Origin: Dehalococcoidia bacterium
GTDB taxonomy: Bacteria > Chloroflexota > Dehalococcoidia > Bin125
NCBI GenBank assembly: GCA_963555985.3
Contig: OY820591.1
Location: 416,001 to 480,000, forward strand
Direction of reading: 5' to 3'
Length of the DNA stretch: 64,000 nucleotides
Shown in pieces: positions 28,864-36,960 of the stretch; the first letter of the stretch is position 1, and every line of letters begins with the position of its first letter. The notes beneath the pieces were generated by a model, which made no database searches, was not told the DNA's origin, and saw only the letters and a program-made list of their open reading frames with translations. A program made the position numbers and the translations under genes.

Positions 28864-29340
28864 CTAGTCGCGGCGCATTTCGGCAGCGTGTTCGGCCAGG
28901 TGGTCGCCCAGGAAGCCGAAGGCCCCGCCGACGGTGATGGGCGTGCCGAGGAATTCGGCCCCATTGCCCCACTCGTCGTCGGCGACCGTGTCGACCAGGG
29001 CGAGCGTTTTGCCGTAGCCCTGGTCGAAGAAGGCGAGCACCGACTCCGGGGTCGCTCCGCGCGAGCGGATGCGGACCATCCAGAGGCTCATGAAGTTGAA
29101 CACGGCCATGAGCGGCGCCGGCGGGTTCATGCCCTTGTTCTGGCGCAACCTCGACACGGTGCGGTCGCCGGCTCCCGCCCCGAAGGCGATGTGCCAGCAC
29201 AGCTGCCCGTTGGTCCAGCCGGCGTTGTCGCTCTTGCGGCTCCACTCGTCCTCGGAGAGCCCGAGGACCAACTCGCGGAAGCCTTCACGCGCTTCCACCA
29301 TCGCGGTTCGCGCCTCATCGGCGTTGGTGATCTCGGCCAT
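28864..29340 (-). CDS. DinB/MDMPI superfamily protein
   Basis: WTNGQLCWHI and H..EH metal-triad pattern. Confidence 0.8.
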   Translation of the reverse strand: MAEITNADEARTAMVEAREGFRELVLGLSEDEWSRKSDNAGWTNGQLCWHIAFGAGAGDRTVSRLRQNKGMNPPAPLMAVFNFMSLWMVRIRSRGATPESVLAFFDQGYGKTLALVDTVADDEWGNGAEFLGTPITVGGAFGFLGDHLAEHAAEMRRD

Positions 29341-29413
29341 GGTTCAGTCCTATTCGTTGCCCGCAGCGGCGGCCTGGAGCGTGTTCACATGGGCCGGAAC
29401 TTCCAACCAGATT

Positions 29414-29502
29414 CCGTCATTGCCGCGGCAATCTCGCCGTGTGCTGCACGGACGCTCTTGCCGTATGCAGCGAGATACCCGCGGCAAGCGCGGGTATGAC
29501 GG
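29414..29502. repeat. Inverted pair of family-A REPs (REPIN-like) between the DinB paralogues
   Basis: ccgtcattgccgcggcaatctcg ... cgagatacccgcggcaagcgcgggtatgacgg. Confidence 0.85.
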
Positions 29503-29537
29503 AATTCCGGGTCGGAATATGGCCCATGTGAAATACC

Positions 29538-30014
29538 CTAGTTGCGCCGCATCTCGGCCGCGTGCTCACTGACGTGTTCGCGCAGGAATCCGAATGAGTT
29601 GCCAACGGTCATCGGCTCGCCCAGAAAGACGCCGCTGTTGCTCCACTCGTCGTCGGCGACCGTATCGATCATCCCGCGCGTCATCGCCAAGCGCTCCTCG
29701 AAGAAGGCCAGCACCGAATCGGGCGTCGCGCCGCGCGAGCGGATACGCACTAACCAGAGGCTGAGTAGGTTGAGGACCCCCATCAGCGGAGCGGGCGGCT
29801 TCATATCCTTGTTCTGGCGCAGTCGCGCCACCCTCAGCGTGCCCCCGCTCGCGGTGAAGGCGATGTGCCAGCAGAGCTGGCCGTTCGTCCAAGCGGCGTT
29901 GTTGCTCGTTCGGTTCCATTCCTCGCCGGACAGTCCCAGCACGAGTTCGCGGAACTGCTCGCGCGCCTGGTCTAACTCGGCGTGCGCCTCGTCGGCGTTG
30001 GTGATCTCCGCCAT
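29538..30014 (-). CDS. DinB superfamily protein, tandem paralogue
   Basis: MAEITNADEA..., WTNGQLCWHI and HVSEH. Confidence 0.8.
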   Translation of the reverse strand: MAEITNADEAHAELDQAREQFRELVLGLSGEEWNRTSNNAAWTNGQLCWHIAFTASGGTLRVARLRQNKDMKPPAPLMGVLNLLSLWLVRIRSRGATPDSVLAFFEERLAMTRGMIDTVADDEWSNSGVFLGEPMTVGNSFGFLREHVSEHAAEMRRN

Positions 30015-30043
30015 CGTGTCGTTCCCTTGCTAACTGTTCGGTC

Positions 30044-30934
30044 TCAGATGGCTGAGTACCACTCGCGGATCGCCTCACCGATCTCGTGGGGCGAATCTTC
30101 CTGGACGAAGTGAATGCCGGGCACCGTCACCTCGGTCTGATTGGGCCATGCGCGGCAGAATTCGAGTTGAGCGCCGTTGAGGATGGCGCCGGGTTCGGCG
30201 TTGATCAGCAGCTTGGCGATGTGTGCGGAGTCGTCTGAGGACAGGAAATCGGCATAGGTTTGCACGATCTCGACGACATCGGGAGGTTCGCCGTTGAGCG
30301 GGATCTCGCGCGGCCAGGTGAGCGTCGGTCGGCGCGACTCGCCCGGCTCGCGGTAGGGGAGGCGGTAGACCTCCATTTCCTCGTCAGTGAGGCCGCGGAT
30401 GACACTGCCCGGGAGGACGCGCTCGACGAAGACGTTCTTTTCGAGCACCATTTCCTCGCCCGCTTCGGAGCGGAAGCCCTGGAAGACGCGGGCGGCGGCG
30501 GCGGGCCATTCGTCCCAGCTGACGGGGCGGACGATCGCCTCCATGTAGGCGAGTCCCTTGACCTGCTCCGGATGGCGGCGGGCGTAATGGAAGCCCAGCG
30601 CCGAGCCCCAGTCGTGGATCACGAACGTCAGATTCTCGTTCAGGCCCATGCCCTCAAGCCAGGCGTCGAGCCAGGCGGCATGGTCGACGAAGCGGTAGGA
30701 GCCGCTCGGTGAGGACCCGGACTGTCCCATGCCGATCAGGTCGGGGGCGAGGCAGCGTCCCGACTCGAAGCAATGGGGCATGATGTTGCGCCAGAGGTAG
30801 GAGGAGGTGGGATTGCCGTGGAGGAAGATGATCGGGTCGCCGTCGGGGTCGCCCTGGTCGACGTAGGCCATGGTGGTTTCGCCGATGGTGAGTCGTTTGC
30901 GGGGGAACGGGTCGTCGGCGGAGATGTCGGGCAT
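30044..30934 (-). CDS. dhaA: Haloalkane dehalogenase (DhaA/LinB type)
   Basis: [32 protein letters not shown] and GIHFVQED motifs. Confidence 0.93.
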   Translation of the reverse strand: MPDISADDPFPRKRLTIGETTMAYVDQGDPDGDPIIFLHGNPTSSYLWRNIMPHCFESGRCLAPDLIGMGQSGSSPSGSYRFVDHAAWLDAWLEGMGLNENLTFVIHDWGSALGFHYARRHPEQVKGLAYMEAIVRPVSWDEWPAAAARVFQGFRSEAGEEMVLEKNVFVERVLPGSVIRGLTDEEMEVYRLPYREPGESRRPTLTWPREIPLNGEPPDVVEIVQTYADFLSSDDSAHIAKLLINAEPGAILNGAQLEFCRAWPNQTEVTVPGIHFVQEDSPHEIGEAIREWYSAI

Positions 30935-31024
30935 GGTTCAGCGTTTCGTCAAGCGTGCGGCGTTGGCGGGAGGATATCAGGCGGCGTCACCCGCCGATTG
31001 GAGAGTCGCGCGTACATCAAAGCT

Positions 31025-31144
31025 CCGTCATACCCGCGCTTGCCGCGGGTATCTCGCCGTTGTCTGCACCGTCGTTGCCCACCCCGCGAGATTGCCGCGA
31101 CGGAGCGCGGCAATGACGGAGCAATTGGCTTACGCAAAGGTCTC
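31025..31144. mobile_element. REP-A inverted pair ending in an IS5-like terminal repeat (MITE-like)
   Basis: REP pair at 31025-31119; right end reads GAGACCTTTGCG on the minus strand, similar to both ends of the 61345-61487 element. Confidence 0.6.
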
Positions 31145-31198
31145 CTTCAGTTCGCATCCATTCCGACGGAGATGGCGCAGCAGTACGCCACGCTTCAC
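31145..31198 (-). pseudogene. hicA: Truncated HicA toxin (first 18 codons)
   Basis: GTG-KRGVLLRHLRRNGCELK then runs directly into GAGACCTTTGCGTAA; overlaps the hicB stop (GTGA). Confidence 0.7.
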
Positions 31199-31344
31199 TT
31201 CACAATCACCGTTGCGATCTCGGCGTCAGCCGACACGTCGCTCAGAGCTTCGGCGCGACGATCCAGCAGCGCCAAATCGATGGAATCCGCGAGATTCTCC
31301 AGCACTTCGTCGCGTGTGACCCAGGCGTGGAATGTCTGCTTCAT
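31195..31344 (-). pseudogene. hicB: Internally deleted HicB antitoxin (49 aa)
   Basis: MKQTFHAWV|TRDEVLENLADSIDLALLDRRAEAL..VIVK keeps the T..E..ENL..AI.L helix but lacks the beta/PG..QG core. Confidence 0.65.
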
Positions 31345-31448
31345 CTGGGATCCCTCGGGACTTCTTGCTCATGGGCCTGATGCGCTCGATCCTACGCCAC
31401 TGGACTCGCGGCTAACATGAGGAGCAGGCGAAGATTCGGAGGCTGACG

Positions 31449-31871
31449 ATGCCTGTGACCGGAATGGACCATGTGGCGATTCCCGCCGGGGATCCGGAGG
31501 CGCTGATGGGGTTCTATCGCGCGCTGGGCTTCACCATCCTGCATGAGGCGGAGTGGCGCGCCGGCGACTTCCCCGCCTTCGCGATCTCCTGCGGCGACCA
31601 GAAGATCAACGTCCACGATCCGAAGCTCTGGCAGAACTCCAAGTTCACCTTGCGCGGCCCCACCGCCGAGCCCGGTTGCGGCGACTTCTGCTTCGTCTGG
31701 GAGGGCACGCCTGAGACGGCCGCAGCCGCCATCGAAGCCGCCGGAGCCGAGGTCATCGAGGGCCCGGCCCCGCGCCAGGGCGGCCGCGCCGGCGGACTCA
31801 CCGAAGGCATCAGCGTCTACACCCGCGATCCCGACGGCAACCTGGTCGAACTGATCTCATACGGCGGCTAA
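31449..31871 (+). CDS. VOC/glyoxalase family protein
   Basis: DHVAI, QKINVH, DFCFVW and SVYTRDPDGNLVEL motifs. Confidence 0.9.
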   Translation: MPVTGMDHVAIPAGDPEALMGFYRALGFTILHEAEWRAGDFPAFAISCGDQKINVHDPKLWQNSKFTLRGPTAEPGCGDFCFVWEGTPETAAAAIEAAGAEVIEGPAPRQGGRAGGLTEGISVYTRDPDGNLVELISYGG

Positions 31872-31891
31872 ATCGAATTGGAGCGAATCAC

Positions 31892-32551
31892 ATGGACTTC
31901 TGGGATGTCGTCAGCACCGCCCGCGCGATGCGGCGGTACAAGCCGGATCCGATTCCCGAGGAGACTTTGCGCCAGCTGATCGAGGCGGCGCATCTGGGGC
32001 CGAGCGGGTCGAATCGACAGTCGCGGCACTGGATCGTTGTGCGCGATCCGGCGGTGAAGCAGCAGCTCGCCGAGCTGAATCGGGCGGGGGTGTCGATGTA
32101 CCTCGCCAACAACCGCGAGGCGGCCAATCCGCATGTCGATCAGGGTCGGCGGGAGCGCTTTTTGGCGGCGGTTGAGCACCAGATGAACCATATGCACGAA
32201 GTGCCGGCGATTGTGATCGCCTGCGCGGATATGGTGCGGGCGCCTGGAGACAACTTCAACGCCGGCTCGGCCGCTGCGACTGAGGTTTGGGGAGCGGTGC
32301 AGAACCTGCTGCTGGCGGCGCGTGCGCTGGAAGTCGGGAGCGTGCCGACTACGCTGGCGTTCATCGGCGACCAGCGTGAGCAGGCGCGGGAGGTTCTGGG
32401 TCTACCGGAGCATATTTTGCCGATGGTGCTAATCCCGCTGGGCTGGCCGACGGGGAATTTTGGTCCGATTCGCCGGCGTCCGCTGGACGAGGTGCTGCAC
32501 TGGGATCGGTATGAGGAGAAGTCGGAGTCACCGGAAGGGGTCAAGGTATGA
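31892..32551 (+). CDS. Nitroreductase family protein
   Basis: RAMRRYKPDPIP, PSGSNRQ and QNLLLAARAL motifs. Confidence 0.92.
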   Translation: MDFWDVVSTARAMRRYKPDPIPEETLRQLIEAAHLGPSGSNRQSRHWIVVRDPAVKQQLAELNRAGVSMYLANNREAANPHVDQGRRERFLAAVEHQMNHMHEVPAIVIACADMVRAPGDNFNAGSAAATEVWGAVQNLLLAARALEVGSVPTTLAFIGDQREQAREVLGLPEHILPMVLIPLGWPTGNFGPIRRRPLDEVLHWDRYEEKSESPEGVKV

Positions 32552-33429
32552 CCGGCACAGCCGAACTGCGGATGCCCGCGTTGGTCGGCCGCTACACCGT
32601 TGCGAAGTCGTTTGAGGTGACGGCGCGTGCGATCACGGCGTTTGCGGGGGGTGTGGGGGATTACAACCCTGTGTATTTCGATGATGACCGGGCGGGCGGT
32701 CTGATTGCGCATCCGGGGATGGTGTTTTCCTGGCAGTGGAACTCGCGCTTTACGCCGGACCAGGAGTTCCCCCTGGAGCTCGTCCGTCGCGGCGTCCACG
32801 CCTGGATCGATGTCCGCTTCGAGCGCGTCGTGCGCGAAGGCGACGTGATCACCTCGCAAGGCCAGTCGATTGCCGCCCGCCAGACCCGCCCCGGCGTTCT
32901 GACAGCACAGCGCTACACGATGCGCGACTCCCAGGGCGAGACCGTCGCTGTGATGGACACCGGCGGGATTACCCGAGGCGCAACCCTCGATGGCGAAGAC
33001 GTTGAGCTCGAGTCGGCTCCGCCGCTGCCGGTTCCGTCGGCGAACGGGGCGTCCGAGCCGGTCTGGAGCGTGGAGTTGCCGATTGATCCGCAAGCGCCGC
33101 ATGTCTACACGGAGTGCGCGGATATCTGGAATCCGATTCACACTGAGCGCAAGGTGGCGCTGGCGGCCGGGCTGCCGGACATCATTTTGCACGGGTCGGC
33201 GAACATCACGATCGCGCTGCGGGAGGTGATTAACCGCAGCTTCGACGGCGATCCGACGCGGTTGCGGCGTTTCGCGGGGCAGTTCCGGGGGATGGTGATT
33301 CCGGGTCGTCCGGTTGTGGTTCATGCGCTGGAAGAGCGGGATGAGGGGGATCGTACGGTCGTCTTTTTCGAGATGCTGAATGATCAGGGTCAGGCAGCGG
33401 TGGCGAACGGGGTGGCTGTGGCGGTTTGA
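32548..33429 (+). CDS. MaoC-type double-hotdog (R)-hydratase
   Basis: DYNPVY and WNPIH...AGLPDIILHG motifs. Confidence 0.88.
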   Translation: MTGTAELRMPALVGRYTVAKSFEVTARAITAFAGGVGDYNPVYFDDDRAGGLIAHPGMVFSWQWNSRFTPDQEFPLELVRRGVHAWIDVRFERVVREGDVITSQGQSIAARQTRPGVLTAQRYTMRDSQGETVAVMDTGGITRGATLDGEDVELESAPPLPVPSANGASEPVWSVELPIDPQAPHVYTECADIWNPIHTERKVALAAGLPDIILHGSANITIALREVINRSFDGDPTRLRRFAGQFRGMVIPGRPVVVHALEERDEGDRTVVFFEMLNDQGQAAVANGVAVAV

Positions 33430-33484
33430 GTGATGGAGCTATGGAGGTCTCCCCCGCGCGCAGGTTGTTGCGATCTGCGGATGC

Positions 33485-33871
33485 TTAGGTGGGTACCTCT
33501 GTGAGCGGAGTGAGCAGCTCCAACAGCTCGGCGACGCTCTCAATGTCTCTGGCGATGATTTCGGCGTCGAGATGGCGTTTGCGCCGGTAGTAGTTGCTGT
33601 GGAGGTCGTTGGCGATGGCGCGTAACGCGCGCAAGCGATCGTTGCCGGTCGCGCGACCGGCTTGGTTGAGCACGAGGCTCAAGTCGGCGTGTGTCTCGTA
33701 GCGCCAGCCCTGGGCGTTGGCGGCGGCTTTGGCCATGTGCGCGACGGCTCCCCAAGCCTTCTCCGAGGCTTGGTGCAGATCGTCGGCTGCCAGGTATTCG
33801 CGGCTTTTGTCTAGAAATGCGCGAGCTTGGGCCGCGAAACCAGCGACGGCGAGTGGATCGGCGGTTGTCAT
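33485..33871 (-). CDS. PaREP1/HEPN-family small protein
   Basis: DL.QASEKAWGA and LH.NYY motifs. Confidence 0.8.
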   Translation of the reverse strand: MTTADPLAVAGFAAQARAFLDKSREYLAADDLHQASEKAWGAVAHMAKAAANAQGWRYETHADLSLVLNQAGRATGNDRLRALRAIANDLHSNYYRRKRHLDAEIIARDIESVAELLELLTPLTEVPT

Positions 33872-34033
33872 CGCGGTTCTCAGTTTCTCCAAGTCGATCC
33901 TAGTCGACTCCCGAGTTCCTTTTCGTGCACCACCTTGGCGACTGGACAGCCTTCGTTTGGCGGTTCGCGTTGCCCTATCCTCTCTCCGAGCACGGTTACT
34001 CAGCCTCGAACGGGGCTAGCGAAGGACGCTGAG

Positions 34034-35809
34034 ATGCATGACATCGTGATTCGGAACGGACGGATTATTGACGGGACGGGGGCGACCGAGTTTGTCGGCG
34101 ACCTGGCGATTGACGGGGAGCGGATTTCGCAGGTTGGCGGGGAGGTTGGGCCCGGGCGCCGCGAGATTGACGCCGAGGGCAAGCTGGTGACGCCGGGCTG
34201 GATTGACATTCACACTCATATGGATGCGCAGGTCTCCTGGGATCCATACATGACGCCCTCCTGCTACAACGGGGTGACGACGGTGGTAATGGGCAACTGC
34301 GGGGTGGGTTTCGCGCCGGTGCGTGAGTCCGACCGCGAGTGGCTGATGGACTTGATGGACGCGGTGGAGGACATTCCGGCGACGGCGATGTCGGCCGGGA
34401 TCACGTGGGAATGGGAGTCGTTCCCGGAGTATCTCGACGCGATCGACGGCAAGCCGCGAGTGATGGACATTGCGGCGCAGTTCCCGCACTGCGCGCTGCG
34501 GACGTACGTGATGGGGCCGCGCGGTGCAGATGATGTGCAGCCGACCGATGAAGAGTTGGCGCATATGCGCCGCCTGGTGCGGGAGGGGATTGAGGCCGGC
34601 GCGGTCGGGTTCTCGTCGAACCGGCTGCTCGCTCACCGGACCAAGGAAGGTGAGCTGATTCCGGGCACGCTGGCGCAGTACCCGGAGCTAGAGGCGGTCG
34701 CCGAGGGCATCTCGCAGGGCGGTGGGGGCGTGTTCCAGCTGGTCGGTCCGTTCGAGCGCGAGTGGGTCGAAGAGATGGCGCTCAAGCACGAGTTGACCAT
34801 CACCTACCTCTCGGGCGAGGGTTCGGTCACGGCTGGCTCAGGCTGGAAGCAAGGTCTGGAAAGTGTCGAAGATGCGACCGAGCGCGGCGTTCGCATCTTT
34901 CCCCAGATTCGCGGTCGCGGCACAACCTTGCTGATGAGCCTTGAGGGTTCGATTCATCCCTACGTGCTCAACTACGCCTACCGCGAACTGGTCGAGCATC
35001 TGCCGCTGGCCGAGCGGATTGAGAAGATGCTCGATCCGGAGATCAAGGCCCAGATCCTGGCCAGTGACTGGGATCTAACCAACGACGTGCGCAAGAAAGT
35101 CCAGAACGCGGAGGATCATCCGTTCCTGGTCGACACCACGCCCGGCAACCTGATGCCCGGGATGTTGGAGATGGTCACGAACTGGCCCGAGGGCGTCTAC
35201 GTGTTGGGCGACCCGCCGGTCTACGAGCCTGAGTACGAGCGATCCGTCGCTGCACACGCCGAGCGTGAGGGCTTGTCGACCGAGGAGGCGTTCTACGACC
35301 TGATGACGCAGGGCGACGGCTCGACGCTGTTGCTGGTCTACCTCGAGGGTTACTCGCAGGGCAACTTCGACTATCAGCGCGAGTTGATGCTGCACCCGTT
35401 GACCCGCAACGGTCTCTCCGACGCGGGCGCGCACGTGGCGGCGGTCTCGGACGCGCACATGGTCTCGTGGAATCTGGCCTATTGGGGACGCGACCGGACT
35501 CGCGGAGAGCGCGTACCGCTGGAGACGATCGTGCATAAGCAGTCGGGCGCGAACGCCGACCTATACAACCTGCGCGATCGGGGCACGCTGGAAGCGGGCA
35601 AGCGGGCCGACGTGAACGTGATCGACTTCGAGCGGCTGGAGACCGACGCGCCGCACATGGTCTACGACCTGCCTGAGGGGGCGAAGCGTTTCATGCAACG
35701 GCCGTCGGGCTATGTCGCCACCATCTGCGCAGGCGAAGTGATCCTCGAGGATGACGAGTTGACCGGCGCGCTGCCGGGCAAGCTGGTGCGGGGAGCGCAA
35801 GGAGCTTAG
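34034..35809 (+). CDS. N-acyl-D-amino-acid deacylase family amidohydrolase
   Basis: PGWIDIHTH.D, GVTTVVMGNCG and SDAGAH motifs; start moved to ATG 34034. Confidence 0.92.
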   Translation: MHDIVIRNGRIIDGTGATEFVGDLAIDGERISQVGGEVGPGRREIDAEGKLVTPGWIDIHTHMDAQVSWDPYMTPSCYNGVTTVVMGNCGVGFAPVRESDREWLMDLMDAVEDIPATAMSAGITWEWESFPEYLDAIDGKPRVMDIAAQFPHCALRTYVMGPRGADDVQPTDEELAHMRRLVREGIEAGAVGFSSNRLLAHRTKEGELIPGTLAQYPELEAVAEGISQGGGGVFQLVGPFEREWVEEMALKHELTITYLSGEGSVTAGSGWKQGLESVEDATERGVRIFPQIRGRGTTLLMSLEGSIHPYVLNYAYRELVEHLPLAERIEKMLDPEIKAQILASDWDLTNDVRKKVQNAEDHPFLVDTTPGNLMPGMLEMVTNWPEGVYVLGDPPVYEPEYERSVAAHAEREGLSTEEAFYDLMTQGDGSTLLLVYLEGYSQGNFDYQRELMLHPLTRNGLSDAGAHVAAVSDAHMVSWNLAYWGRDRTRGERVPLETIVHKQSGANADLYNLRDRGTLEAGKRADVNVIDFERLETDAPHMVYDLPEGAKRFMQRPSGYVATICAGEVILEDDELTGALPGKLVRGAQGA

Positions 35810-35820
35810 CCGGAGCGGTC

Positions 35821-36960
35821 ATGGGGTTCCGCTTCATCCACACCGCCGACTGGCAGATTGGCAAGGTCTTTCGCTTTGTCGATGATGCGGCGATGGGTCC
35901 GTTGCAGCAGGCGCGGTTGGAGGCGGTGACACGGATCGGCGAACTCGCGCGGACGCACAACGCGCACCACGTACTGGTCGCGGGCGACGTCTGGGATCAC
36001 GCTGCGCCCTCTCCGCGCTCGCGCAATCAGGTCGTCGAACGGATGCGGGCGCAGCCCGAGGTGGATTGGCACCTTCTGCCCGGCAACCATGATCCGTACC
36101 AGCCCAACGGCCTCTGGGATCAACTCCGCCAGCGTGAATTGCCCCGCAATGTTCAGATTCACACGGAAGCTGAAGTTGCGATCATTGAGTCAGGCACTGC
36201 CGCACTGCTCCCGGCTCCGCTTCAACACCGGCGCACGCTGACTGATCCCACGGCCTGGATGGACGATGCACGAACGGACGACGGCCTGATTCGGATTGGG
36301 CTCGCACACGGAGCCGTTCGCGGCTTTGGATCGGACGAACAGCAGCGTACGAATCCGATCGATCCCCAACGGGCGCAACAAGCACGGCTCGATTATCTCG
36401 CCCTGGGCGACTGGCACGGCGCATTGGAGATCAACCAGCGCTGCTGGTACAGCGGCACACCCGAGACCGACTCGTTCCAGACGCGGGGCGAGGGCACCGC
36501 CCTGCTGGTAGAGATCGACGGGCCAGGTCAGGCGCCGAAGATCACCACCCTCCAGACCGGCCAGTTCCGCTGGTTGTCGCTGGCGAATGAATATGTGGAG
36601 CGCACGGAAGACATCGATCTGCTCGAGAGCAAATTGCGGAATCTGGGCGGCGACCTGAATCGCACGCTGGTTGAGTTAAGCCTCTACGGGGTGCTCGCGC
36701 TCGCCGACATGCAGTATTTCGAGGAACGGATCGGGGAACGTGCGGCGGCGGCGCTGTACCACCTGCGTCTGAGTGCGGAGCTCCAGCCGGATCCGACGGA
36801 CGACGATCTGGATAGCATCGATCCCGGCGGGATCGTGCGCGCCGCTGCGGACAAACTGCGTCAGATGATCAATGACGACGGCGATGACGCGGAGCTCGCG
36901 GGCGAAGCGCTGCGTCGTCTCTATATCGAACACAAGCGACTGGAAGCGGGTGCACCGTGA
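35821..36960 (+). CDS. Mre11/SbcD-like metallophosphoesterase (YhaO-like)
   Basis: HTADWQIG, AGD, PGNHD, AHG, LALGDWH and YSGTPE motifs. Confidence 0.92.
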   Translation: MGFRFIHTADWQIGKVFRFVDDAAMGPLQQARLEAVTRIGELARTHNAHHVLVAGDVWDHAAPSPRSRNQVVERMRAQPEVDWHLLPGNHDPYQPNGLWDQLRQRELPRNVQIHTEAEVAIIESGTAALLPAPLQHRRTLTDPTAWMDDARTDDGLIRIGLAHGAVRGFGSDEQQRTNPIDPQRAQQARLDYLALGDWHGALEINQRCWYSGTPETDSFQTRGEGTALLVEIDGPGQAPKITTLQTGQFRWLSLANEYVERTEDIDLLESKLRNLGGDLNRTLVELSLYGVLALADMQYFEERIGERAAAALYHLRLSAELQPDPTDDDLDSIDPGGIVRAAADKLRQMINDDGDDAELAGEALRRLYIEHKRLEAGAP

